A program made the position numbers and the translations under genes. The notes below the pieces were generated by a model. The model was not told where the DNA came from, did no database searches, and saw only the letters and a list, made by a program, of their open reading frames with translations. Source: a virus. Taken from it: 64,000 nucleotides of DNA. Below are positions 11,401 to 19,189 of the stretch, in pieces; the first letter of the stretch is position 1; each line of letters starts with the position of its first letter. The stretch lies in the IMG/VR virus record IMGVR_UViG_3300034073_000569, positions 32,001-96,000 of that record; one strand, given 5' to 3'.

Positions 11401-12104
11401 GTATCATAACTAGTAGCACTTGCTTTTGCAAGAATCTGACCAGCTAAACCATTTGCAGGAACAAGACCTTGGTAGTTTGGAATATTTAAAACACCTGTAG
11501 AAGAGTTATAACTAGCTGCACCACTTACACCATTAGTTGTTAGACTAATAGCTAATCTAGCACGAGCATTTGTATAATATAAATTAATTGTTCCTTCTGG
11601 TACTTGATCAGTAGAAGATATAAATCCATTGTATATTGGGTTATATACAAAAACATCTAACAAGTCCCCACTTATGGATGCATCTGCTAACGTAAAAGTA
11701 TTACCATTAGTTGCATCAATAGCTGTTGGTGTAAGCAATACACCATTTAAGAATACATCAATAAGACCAGGTGTATAACCACCTGACACTGTAAATACTG
11801 TTTGACCCGCTGTAGCAGTAATCTGTTGTAAAGCTCTAATAGCTCCTACACCAGATGCAGCTACAGATACGATACCAGTTCCATCTATAGATAGGCCACT
11901 ACCTATCTTAATACCACCAAGAGTAGTACCAGATGCTATTGGTAAAGTGTATGGCGTAACAAATCCTCTAACCCAAGCGGTTGTAGCCAACTTGGTAGAG
12001 TTATCATTAGCATCAGGCGTCTGACCAGTAGCAGTATTGTTAAGTGTAACTACACCATCTACTGTCAGACCAGCTTTAGCTAGTATGTCAGATAGAAATT
12101 TCAT
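8490..12104 (-). CDS. Long tail fibre / fibre scaffold with three repeated beta-sandwich domains
   Basis: 1204 aa; three TATAxQTxFT...GLxD(V/I)FxNG domains, three EGxNLYYTxAR-like motifs, three xTSFNTRTG repeats, LDTLNELAAALG motif, C-terminal WTLQEG...FKIKL. Confidence 0.8.
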   Translation of the reverse strand: MKFLSDILAKAGLTVDGVVTLNNTATGQTPDANDNSTKLATTAWVRGFVTPYTLPIASGTTLGGIKIGSGLSIDGTGIVSVAASGVGAIRALQQITATAGQTVFTVSGGYTPGLIDVFLNGVLLTPTAIDATNGNTFTLADASISGDLLDVFVYNPIYNGFISSTDQVPEGTINLYYTNARARLAISLTTNGVSGAASYNSSTGVLNIPNYQGLVPANGLAGQILAKASATSYDTTWIDNYTSQVQHYVKLSATMTAGTAVYVSGSTGDSGTNMIVSKASNSSEATSSKTLGLLKTDGVTNDEVFVVTEGLLAGLDTSTATAGDPVWLGTNGGLIFGLANKPTAPAHLVFIGVVTRVQSNNGEIFVKVQNGFELDELHNLSVANASDGDMIKYVASTGLWTKIAASTTNIVEGTNLYYTDARVNTYLTTNNYATQSYVSTAISNLVDSAPTTLDTLNELAAALGDDPNFATTVATSIGTKVPLTRTITINGTSYDLSADRTWNIAAGVTSFNTRTGAITPASGDYTTAQVTESGNLYYTDARARLSISLTTTGTSGAATYDSVTGVLNIPQYQGGVTSFNTRTGAITLSDTDVTTALTYTPVTNARTLTINGTTYDLSANRTWSIAAGLTSFNTRTGDITLTSSDVTTALGYTPVTNARTLTINGTAYDLTTDRSWTVGVNPSARTIQTYTATASQTTFTVTGGYVVGLVDVFINGVRLTSADFTATDGSTVVLATGTGAGNIVDVIKYTSAFTASSALRQVSYFTATAGQTSFTVSYTPGLVDIFYNGSKLASSEYTASNGTSIVLSSGAALNDIIEVVAYAYSVGAFTGQAQLNGTGFVKVSGTTVSYDNSTYLTTSSAASTYLPLSGGTLTGALNGTSATFSGSVIVGSGASSSSSPNLLVAAKNGTVANIGGLQFAGTSTSNNGNNNLISSGSYFNGTASIATATTSSIYQQTVGTHVFYSNTGLTIGNSFTASPALTITAAGNVGIGTTTPGYKLQIINAANGYAFGINGGASNATYLAAYLGDGGASFGTRSNHNLAFFTNDVDKLFINTNGNVGIGTGVPSYKLDVIGNIRLTTGGTGASYLYFHDYTDYKYLAYYVNDTYWRVPGIHYFEGSSGYKGYWDASGNLLPGVDASMNLGSTTARWANVYTTDLHLSNKGKQNDVDGTWGDWTLQEGETEIFMLNNRSGKKFKIKLEEII
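10671..10712. repeat. 42-bp exact direct repeat, copy 2
   Basis: Identical to 2330-2371. Confidence 0.9.
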
Positions 12105-12113
12105 TCAGTGTTA

Positions 12114-13325
12114 TTATTTCTTGATGATTACACGATATGCATTAGCTGAAGGAGCTACTGCAAAACTTACAGTTACGGTATTAACATCTGTAATTACTAC
12201 ATCTGTAATAACCTCTTCTAGTGTAGTATTATCTTTTATCATCACAATAACATCAACAGTGTTTAAACCATGAGATAAAGCATATGAAGTACCTGCTCCA
12301 CCAATATTTGCGGCATAACCACCAGTTCTGTTATCTAATAAAGTTTTTAACTTTAAAGGAGTAACAATTCTAGCATCATCAGTACCTGTATCAGTCTCAG
12401 CTTGTGTTGCAATCTCAGCAATACCAGTACGAGTCTCAGTAGCTGTACGAGAAGATAATGCCGCAGGAGTTACTGCTTTATTAGAATCTGTACCAGTTTG
12501 TGTCTCTGCGTTTGTAGCAAGATATACTAAACCTAATACTGTTGTTGTAGCTTGATCTCTGTTAACTTCTAATCTAATCCAATCAACTTTAGAACTTGTA
12601 GAAGCTGCATTGTTTTTAGCAACAATTACATCACCAACATTAAATGGTTCACTATCTACAGTGCCAGCAACTGTTACATACCAGTAATCACCAGCTTTAG
12701 TACCAGCAACTGGAGCTGATCCTACAGGAAAAGATCCTGAAGAAGCATCCCATCCACCTTCTAAATTACCTAAGTTTCCTACATTAGTATCAATATAAGA
12801 TTTAATAGATTGTGATGTAGCAAGAGTTGTACTAGATGCACTAGCTAAATCAGTAACAATTGTTACTTCAGCTGGATTAGCTGTAGCACCAGATACGTTA
12901 CCAATAACAGTTAGATTAGCAACTTGTTGTAACTTATCAAAAGTTACAGCATTAGCATTAATCTTTACAGTAGTAACTGCAGAGTTAGCTAGCTTACCAG
13001 TAGTAATACCTAAATCTTTAACTCTTAAACTATCTGAGTCAATCTCAATAGTTGCGTTATCTACATTAATATCTAATGTAATTACATCTCCATTAGCAGA
13101 TGTAGATGCTGTAAGACCAGCACCACCAAGAACATCTTGGATATCTCCTGACATGTCCACCCATGCGGTACCATCCCAAAAAAACATTCTTAAAACTGAA
13201 GGCGTAGTGTCAAAATAGATTTGACCAACTACTGGACTAGACGGTGCACCAGCTTTATTGTGAACCGCTACATTTAAAATCTGGTTTTGATTGAGGTCCA
13301 GATTGGTTAAAAACTTTTTAGACAT
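12114..13325 (-). CDS. Tail fibre or hub protein
   Basis: 403 aa; ATxTxxG(L/I)xx(L/I)ATxAETxTGTD...VTP fibre repeats; C-terminal HGLNT...V domain shared with its two neighbours. Confidence 0.65.
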   Translation of the reverse strand: MSKKFLTNLDLNQNQILNVAVHNKAGAPSSPVVGQIYFDTTPSVLRMFFWDGTAWVDMSGDIQDVLGGAGLTASTSANGDVITLDINVDNATIEIDSDSLRVKDLGITTGKLANSAVTTVKINANAVTFDKLQQVANLTVIGNVSGATANPAEVTIVTDLASASSTTLATSQSIKSYIDTNVGNLGNLEGGWDASSGSFPVGSAPVAGTKAGDYWYVTVAGTVDSEPFNVGDVIVAKNNAASTSSKVDWIRLEVNRDQATTTVLGLVYLATNAETQTGTDSNKAVTPAALSSRTATETRTGIAEIATQAETDTGTDDARIVTPLKLKTLLDNRTGGYAANIGGAGTSYALSHGLNTVDVIVMIKDNTTLEEVITDVVITDVNTVTVSFAVAPSANAYRVIIKK

Positions 13326-13341
13326 AGTATTTGTATTATAA

Positions 13342-13869
13342 TTAGTTTAAAAATGCTTTCCCACTAAATGGTGCAGAAAATTTAACTGTTAATGAATTAG
13401 AATTAGTATGTTGTACTTCTCCAATAACTTCTTCATTACTTGAATCTACTACAGAAACAGATGGGTACTTGTTCAAGTTATGAGTTATAGACCATACACT
13501 TGATGATACTGTTTGATTATGAATATGCGAAAACTTATATGTCTCTTGTATAGAGAGTGTATCTCTATACGTAAGAATAATAGTTCTATTTTCATTATCA
13601 GCAGTTACAGTGATATCAACCACTGTTTTGTTAAAAGCTTCAGCTATTTGAGCAAGTTGACTATCTGATAAACTTACTTGATCCCACTGGTTACCGTCCC
13701 ATGAATACACCATTTTTAATGTAGTATCATAGACAATAATACCAGAGTCATTAGAATTATATCCAGACGCTAAAGCATTTCTTTCTGCAGTGGTTACAGG
13801 TTGTAACTTAGCATTAAGAATACTATTCTTATTAAAATCGTAGTCTACATATATTTTCTGTACTGCCAT
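13342..13869 (-). CDS. Tail hub / fibre-attachment protein (putative)
   Basis: 175 aa; N-terminus resembles the 403-aa protein (DxNxNxILN); C-terminal WSITHNLNKYPSV domain. Confidence 0.55.
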   Translation of the reverse strand: MAVQKIYVDYDFNKNSILNAKLQPVTTAERNALASGYNSNDSGIIVYDTTLKMVYSWDGNQWDQVSLSDSQLAQIAEAFNKTVVDITVTADNENRTIILTYRDTLSIQETYKFSHIHNQTVSSSVWSITHNLNKYPSVSVVDSSNEEVIGEVQHTNSNSLTVKFSAPFSGKAFLN

Positions 13870-14465
13870 TATGATAAGTATGCTCTGCCGGCTACGGGTT
13901 GATTAAAGTAAATCTTAAGTCTATTATTATCAATATAGTCTATCACTCCTTGTATATCTGCACCTGTTAAATCTTCTGTTCTAACATTAGGACTTAAGTT
14001 CATACCATGAACAACATCCCACATTGTAGAAGCTGTTTGTTGTGTAAATACAAAAGAACTATTTTGATTAATAGTAATGGCTGGGTTTAAATTAATTCTA
14101 GTAATACATCCACCAGAGTTAATCTCTATAATATTTTGACCAGACTGTTGTGTACCCATGTAGTCTAATCCTACAGATGGACCTTTACCATCTTCAGACA
14201 TAAAGAAACCTGTGCCTCCTTTAGAATATAACACATCATCGTACTTTATACCGAGCCAAGTTTTAAGTTGAACTTTAGTTTCAGATAAAGCTCCTTCATC
14301 TTCATTAGCTTCCCATTCAACTAACTCTTTTCTCATAGAAATGAGTTGGCTATCTTGTTCTGGCTTACAAGAGTCAACACCATAACGCATCTGTTTGTAT
14401 AAACGATGCATTACATCAGCAAACTGCTTATTGTATTTTTCTCTATTCTGTAGATAAGTTCTCAT
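13869..14465 (-). CDS. Tail hub protein (putative)
   Basis: 198 aa; C-terminal WDVVHGMNLSPNV...GRAYLS domain paralogous to the 175-aa protein. Confidence 0.55.
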   Translation of the reverse strand: MRTYLQNREKYNKQFADVMHRLYKQMRYGVDSCKPEQDSQLISMRKELVEWEANEDEGALSETKVQLKTWLGIKYDDVLYSKGGTGFFMSEDGKGPSVGLDYMGTQQSGQNIIEINSGGCITRINLNPAITINQNSSFVFTQQTASTMWDVVHGMNLSPNVRTEDLTGADIQGVIDYIDNNRLKIYFNQPVAGRAYLS

Positions 14466-14619
14466 TCTGTGTATTACTTGTTTGAGCTATTAAAGCTTCT
14501 AATTTAATTTGAGCTTCATAAGATGTGATACAATTAGCACAAACTCTTTTACCATCTGAAGCTATCCTATCTTGACATCCACATGTTATGGATGAATTGC
14601 AATTTGAACACTGTCTCAT
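14443..14619 (-). CDS. Small Cys-rich protein (58 aa, not in ORF track)
   Basis: MRQCSNCNSSITCGCQDRIASDGKRVCANC...; AC-rich leader AAACCAAACATAATG; fills the gap between two genes. Confidence 0.7.
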   Translation of the reverse strand: MRQCSNCNSSITCGCQDRIASDGKRVCANCITSYEAQIKLEALIAQTSNTQNENLSTE

Positions 14620-14641
14620 TATGTTTGGTTTTTAGTGAGCT

Positions 14642-15199
14642 TTAACAGTTTGTTCCACAAAGACCGTTAGTAATTTTATCTAATCTTTTTTTTGCGTATA
14701 ATAAAAGTTCCATACCAGCTTCAGGGCTATGACAATACTCCACCTTAGCTTTAGCTGCATCTATAAAACTTTTTATTAGTCTTAATTCTACAAGTTTTTC
14801 TTTTATGTCTGCATCTGGTTCACACGCACTCATCTCTAATTCACACAAAAGATTGTAATATCTGTTTACAGTTTGTGTAACACGAAGATGATTATACTCT
14901 ACCTGAACAATACTATTTGGAGACATAGAGTAGTTAATAACATAAATACCATCTGGAAGTGGTTGTGCTGCTTCACTACATCCTGTCTTTTGTAATCCTA
15001 AAGTACAGGCTGTTAGTGTTGTGTTAAACCCAGGTAACATTTCAATATTTACAGGAAGATTAAATCCTGGAGAAGTGATACTTAGAACACCGCAGTCTTG
15101 TCCAACTCCGTCAGCATAAATGCTGGTATCAAATATACGTAAAACCTTAATATTATTAGTATCAGGCAGCTCTAAACTTAGCTGATGTTTGCTTGCCAT
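14642..15199 (-). CDS. Putative structural (tail) protein
   Basis: 185 aa ORF, first gene after a late-promoter-like motif. Confidence 0.55.
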   Translation of the reverse strand: MASKHQLSLELPDTNNIKVLRIFDTSIYADGVGQDCGVLSITSPGFNLPVNIEMLPGFNTTLTACTLGLQKTGCSEAAQPLPDGIYVINYSMSPNSIVQVEYNHLRVTQTVNRYYNLLCELEMSACEPDADIKEKLVELRLIKSFIDAAKAKVEYCHSPEAGMELLLYAKKRLDKITNGLCGTNC

Positions 15200-15247
15200 T
15201 AGTGTAAACTTTAATAGTTTATATAAATTTAAAGACGAAGGTCCTCA

Positions 15248-15260
15248 ATAATAATATACC
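15248..15260 (-). promoter_or_regulatory. Putative phage late promoter core GTATATT-A/T-rich
   Basis: Same motif upstream of minus-strand operons at ~22173, ~33364 and ~60709. Confidence 0.55.
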
Positions 15261-15279
15261 AAATTTTTGGGAATTATCC

Positions 15280-15315
15280 AAAAACAAAAAGGGAGGGACA
15301 TTTGTCCTCTCCCTT
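15280..15315 (-). terminator. Intrinsic terminator
   Basis: AAGGGAGAGGACA-AA-TGTCCCTCCCTT followed by a T-tract on the minus strand, after the 451-aa gene. Confidence 0.8.
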
Positions 15316-15338
15316 AATGTTTAGATATTCTTAATATC

Positions 15339-16694
15339 TTATACAGTCTCTAAAGTTACTGCATTACCAGCCGCACTTGCACTAGATGCAATGAAGTTAG
15401 TAATTGAAGTAGTAGAAGTACCAGCAGGTACGTGAACTACGATCAAATACTGATCATTATCAAATGTGCTTGTTGGGTTGTTGAAACGAGGTACATTGTG
15501 TAAGATCAATACTTGATCATACAAACCAGCCTTGTTTACAGTTGCCAAAGCTGGATCAGCTTCGATCTCACGCATACGTAAGCTATCTACACGAGAGCTA
15601 TCAGGATATGCATTTTGTAAGTAACGACCATCTAAGATCAACTCACGTAATACAGTCTCACCTAAACCAGATGCTTGCTTAGGAGCTTGGATCTCTGCAG
15701 ATACAAATCCGTTTACAGCACAAGGATCACCAGACTCATCTACAAATGAAGTGTAGATAAATAATGGCTCTAATTCATAGAAATCAGTTGGAGTAAAAGT
15801 ACAAGCACCAAACTTAGTTTCAACGTAAGCAGCAGTGATCTCTAAGTGAGAATCTACAGCAGCTACATCATTAGCAGCAGTTACAGGAGAGTAAGTACCA
15901 GTTGCTACTTCAGAGTAGATCTTAGCATTACCATCTGTAGAAGCTACAGCATTTTTAGTAAGAACTACATTTGCATAGCCAGAACCAGCTGAATCAGCAG
16001 CACCAACAGAAACTACTTGAGAACCACCAGCTAAAGAAGCATGAACCACTTTTTCACCTGCTTGGAAAGCAGCTGCATCAGCGTTAGCTACAACGATAGT
16101 TGCAGAACCAGCTGTTGGGTTAATAGCTACTGAAGCAGTAGTTAAATTCCACACCTTAGCTTGAACAAAGTCTTTCAACAATGGAGCCTCGTTAATTTGA
16201 TCTTTCCACTTAAGTAAGATCACGTTTTGGTCTACTGTGTTAGTAGTACCTGCAACAGCATCACAACCACTGTGAGCGTCTAATGTCTTGTACAACTGGT
16301 GGTTTAAAAAACGCAACGCAGGTGAACCTTTAACATCTAAACGTAGACGGTAAGTAGTGTCACTGTTAATTGTAGCTGCAGAAGGATCTACAGATACGAT
16401 TTGATTTTGAGCAACATCAGATGTTACTTTGATCAAACGGCTGATGTACTTAGGGTTGATCACTTTAGACTTAACTGACTCTTTGTAACCACCGTGAACA
16501 GGGCCAATTTTGTCAGCAGCAAAGTAAGAACCTTGAGCCAAAATAAAAGGAGCAGCTTGAGCAGTAACAGCTTGGTACGTCTTAGCATCAAAGAAGCCAA
16601 TTTGACCAGCAGTTAAAGCATCAGTACCACCAGAGCTAGCTAAAGTTGTGCTAGCAGGCAAGAATGACTTGCGGAATGCATTAGGAAAATACAT
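15339..16694 (-). CDS. Abundant virion protein (candidate auxiliary capsid protein)
   Basis: 451 aa; leader nearly identical to the MCP leader; position downstream of MCP and ring genes as in crAss-like phages. Confidence 0.55.
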   Translation of the reverse strand: MYFPNAFRKSFLPASTTLASSGGTDALTAGQIGFFDAKTYQAVTAQAAPFILAQGSYFAADKIGPVHGGYKESVKSKVINPKYISRLIKVTSDVAQNQIVSVDPSAATINSDTTYRLRLDVKGSPALRFLNHQLYKTLDAHSGCDAVAGTTNTVDQNVILLKWKDQINEAPLLKDFVQAKVWNLTTASVAINPTAGSATIVVANADAAAFQAGEKVVHASLAGGSQVVSVGAADSAGSGYANVVLTKNAVASTDGNAKIYSEVATGTYSPVTAANDVAAVDSHLEITAAYVETKFGACTFTPTDFYELEPLFIYTSFVDESGDPCAVNGFVSAEIQAPKQASGLGETVLRELILDGRYLQNAYPDSSRVDSLRMREIEADPALATVNKAGLYDQVLILHNVPRFNNPTSTFDNDQYLIVVHVPAGTSTTSITNFIASSASAAGNAVTLETV

Positions 16695-16733
16695 AGGGCT
16701 TTAATTTAAGGGTTATAAATAAAAAAAATAAAT

Positions 16734-17147
16734 TTAACTTAAAAACATTAACTTATACTTAGTTGAAGATATTAAACTTTTTACCTCATCAAGTTGGTTT
16801 GTAACTTCTGAAAAAGGCATAAGCTTTTGTAACTCAGTAACTTCTGTATATAGTTCTTTTATATGCGAAAGAGCTTCTTGTACAGATCCACATTTGTATG
16901 GTGTCACTGTAGGATACTCTAACAACTTCTCACGAGCACCTTGATATTGTTCTGCAACAGAATCAAGTAGTCCTGGCATACCTTCATAAAACTCACCTAG
17001 AGCTTTATGTATTGATAATGAACCTGGTCCTGTAATCTTTAGATGTAACTGATGCATACTCACTGTAAAAGATTGTGCATGAGCGATCATAGCTGCTGTT
17101 TCAGTACATGGGCCCATTGGTCCTGGTCTTTGTAACTTCTGTATCAT
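16734..17147 (-). CDS. Ferritin/Dps-like four-helix protein
   Basis: 137 aa; HQLH...HKALGEFYE...VAEQYQG pattern. Confidence 0.65.
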   Translation of the reverse strand: MIQKLQRPGPMGPCTETAAMIAHAQSFTVSMHQLHLKITGPGSLSIHKALGEFYEGMPGLLDSVAEQYQGAREKLLEYPTVTPYKCGSVQEALSHIKELYTEVTELQKLMPFSEVTNQLDEVKSLISSTKYKLMFLS

Positions 17148-17851
17148 TAACTATTTCTTTGTGCGTTTTGTACTTCTCTCTGATACTGATTCATAGACTC
17201 TATATCACCAGCTAAGATTGCAGCAGCTTCATCAGCTATAATCTCACAGATATCATCTTTTAACTCACACTCTACAGCAGTAGTAAAGGTTTGTCCAGTT
17301 GCAATATTAGTACAACCTAAAATCTGAATATCTTTTGGTTTTCTATAATATACTAATTTAGAATCATGTACAGTAAATAAACCATTTGTATAGATTCTAA
17401 TCTTATCTCCAAGTATTGTACAAAAAGTCTCAGCCCATTCAAAGGAAGGTGACTTAAAACTATCTGCTAAAAGAATATCTACGTTTGCTTCTTCTGCTTG
17501 ATAGATAGTACTTAAAGCTCTTTTTGGACAACAATCATTCTTTACATTAGCACTAACTCTTACAAAGTGTAAGTAGTTAGCTGGAATAGCATCAGTTTCA
17601 AAGTACTTTGGCTTTTCTAAACCACGTAATTCTATTTCACTAAGTAGTATCTGAAGATCATCAACCACTGTAACACTCTGTTCAGAAGATTCTTTAAGGG
17701 CATTTAATCCGTGTAAACGTCTACGTACCCACTCAATTTGAGCCTTATTGAAAGCCTCTTGGATCATCCAACACTCAATGTTGTCATAATCAAAAGAGCC
17801 AAGCTTATTAAGCCTCTGCTTGATTTTTATCTGTAACAGGTTGTTGTTCAT
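17147..17851 (-). CDS. Tail ring / tubular (head-tail connector) protein
   Basis: 234 aa; FNKAQxEW and YYRKP motifs; position after MCP as for crAss-like ring proteins. Confidence 0.6.
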   Translation of the reverse strand: MNNNLLQIKIKQRLNKLGSFDYDNIECWMIQEAFNKAQIEWVRRRLHGLNALKESSEQSVTVVDDLQILLSEIELRGLEKPKYFETDAIPANYLHFVRVSANVKNDCCPKRALSTIYQAEEANVDILLADSFKSPSFEWAETFCTILGDKIRIYTNGLFTVHDSKLVYYRKPKDIQILGCTNIATGQTFTTAVECELKDDICEIIADEAAAILAGDIESMNQYQREVQNAQRNS

Positions 17852-17862
17852 ATTTTATAAAG

Positions 17863-17897
17863 ACCTGGGTGCTGTTCTCACGGGAAGCAACCCAGGT
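17863..17897. other. Intergenic stem-loop
   Basis: ACCTGGGTGCT...AGCAACCCAGGT. Confidence 0.6.
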
Positions 17898-17905
17898 ACT
17901 GTTTT

Positions 17906-18922
17906 TTACTGGTTCCAGTATTTCTCAACTTTCTTAGTTAAGTCTACCAAGATCTCTTCATTTAGAGGGTTCTTTAGGTATTCTGCACAATCGGAAGGAG
18001 TACGTCCTAACATTGTTGTAGTTTCCATGTGGTAGATAAATCCATCAGCTTTAGTTGCAATAAACTTGTAATATGTACAGTCTTTTACAATAGCTCTGAT
18101 TTTTAATGTTTCCATATCTAAAGTGGCAACATCTAAGAATCTTTCAGCTGTTTTACGCTTATCTTTTTCTACAAGATCACCGTTAATATATTTATCCATG
18201 TTGTCATAGACAATATCATTTGGTGTAGATTTCTTATACTGAGCACTGTTAGCATCTAACACTTTTGCTACATATAGAAGTTTATTCTGATTCTTGTTAA
18301 ATAACTTTTCAAGTTCAGCCAATGCCTTATTACGCATTTTCTTAACTTCAGTATTTACAGATGCAGTTTCTTCTAACTTATCTAAGTAAAATTTAGGAGG
18401 AACTGGCATTCTACGAGCTTCTTCTAAACTTTTAGCAACGATTGAGAAACCACCTGCTTCAATTGCATATAATCTAATTAAATCATATGGATCTTTATCA
18501 GGCTCTAAGTAACTTGGTTCGTTACCACATCTAATTTTGATCTTATCCCAGAAAGCTGAATTATCAGGTTTCAGTAATTTAATCTTATTCCAGAACTGCT
18601 CATCTGTAGGTTCTACTACGTTTGCTGCTAATTCTTTCTCTAACTGAGCTACAACTACACGAATCTGCTTAATCTTAGCTTCTTGTTCTTCTGCAGGTAG
18701 CCCTTTAACATCTGGAGAAAACTCATTTAATCCAGTAATGTATCTTACAATACCGTTAATCTCTAGACAAGCTAATTGTTCCTCGTGGAACGCTCCGTCA
18801 AAAAGACTTAACCCATACTTCTGTAATCCCATATTGTCTACATTAGCATCAAAGAATGGTCTAATGGCAATAGTAGATTTCTTGTTTTGTGGATACTTTT
18901 CCACGATTGTTACTCCGCTCAT
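17906..18922 (-). CDS. Conserved crAss-like protein encoded downstream of MCP
   Basis: 338 aa; synteny with the crAss-like capsid block. Confidence 0.6.
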   Translation of the reverse strand: MSGVTIVEKYPQNKKSTIAIRPFFDANVDNMGLQKYGLSLFDGAFHEEQLACLEINGIVRYITGLNEFSPDVKGLPAEEQEAKIKQIRVVVAQLEKELAANVVEPTDEQFWNKIKLLKPDNSAFWDKIKIRCGNEPSYLEPDKDPYDLIRLYAIEAGGFSIVAKSLEEARRMPVPPKFYLDKLEETASVNTEVKKMRNKALAELEKLFNKNQNKLLYVAKVLDANSAQYKKSTPNDIVYDNMDKYINGDLVEKDKRKTAERFLDVATLDMETLKIRAIVKDCTYYKFIATKADGFIYHMETTTMLGRTPSDCAEYLKNPLNEEILVDLTKKVEKYWNQ

Positions 18923-18949
18923 GTTTGGTTTGTTTGGTTTTTACTATAA

Positions 18950-19180
18950 CTGGTCACAATATATGACCTTTTATATTTAGAACCTATTAGAAGTTGCGAA
19001 CTTCCCATGTGATCAGTCATGGTACGCGTACAATAGGTGACCTGGGGATACTATCCACAGGGTGGTAAAATGACTCAGACTAGTGAGGGTGTTTTAGCCA
19101 GTTAGACTGGTGTCCGCTATCCTTTCTGAGTACTGTTACTTTTATATCTTTTGGCAGGGGATTTTAACCCCCTGCCTCAG
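18950..19180 (-). ncRNA. Structured RNA between MCP and the next gene
   Basis: Multi-way junction closed by ACCTATT/AATAGGT, plus hairpins CCTGGGGATA/TATCCACAGG, ACTCAGA/TCTGAGT and GGCAGGGG/CCCCTGCC. Confidence 0.55.
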
Positions 19181-19189
19181 ATACTATTT

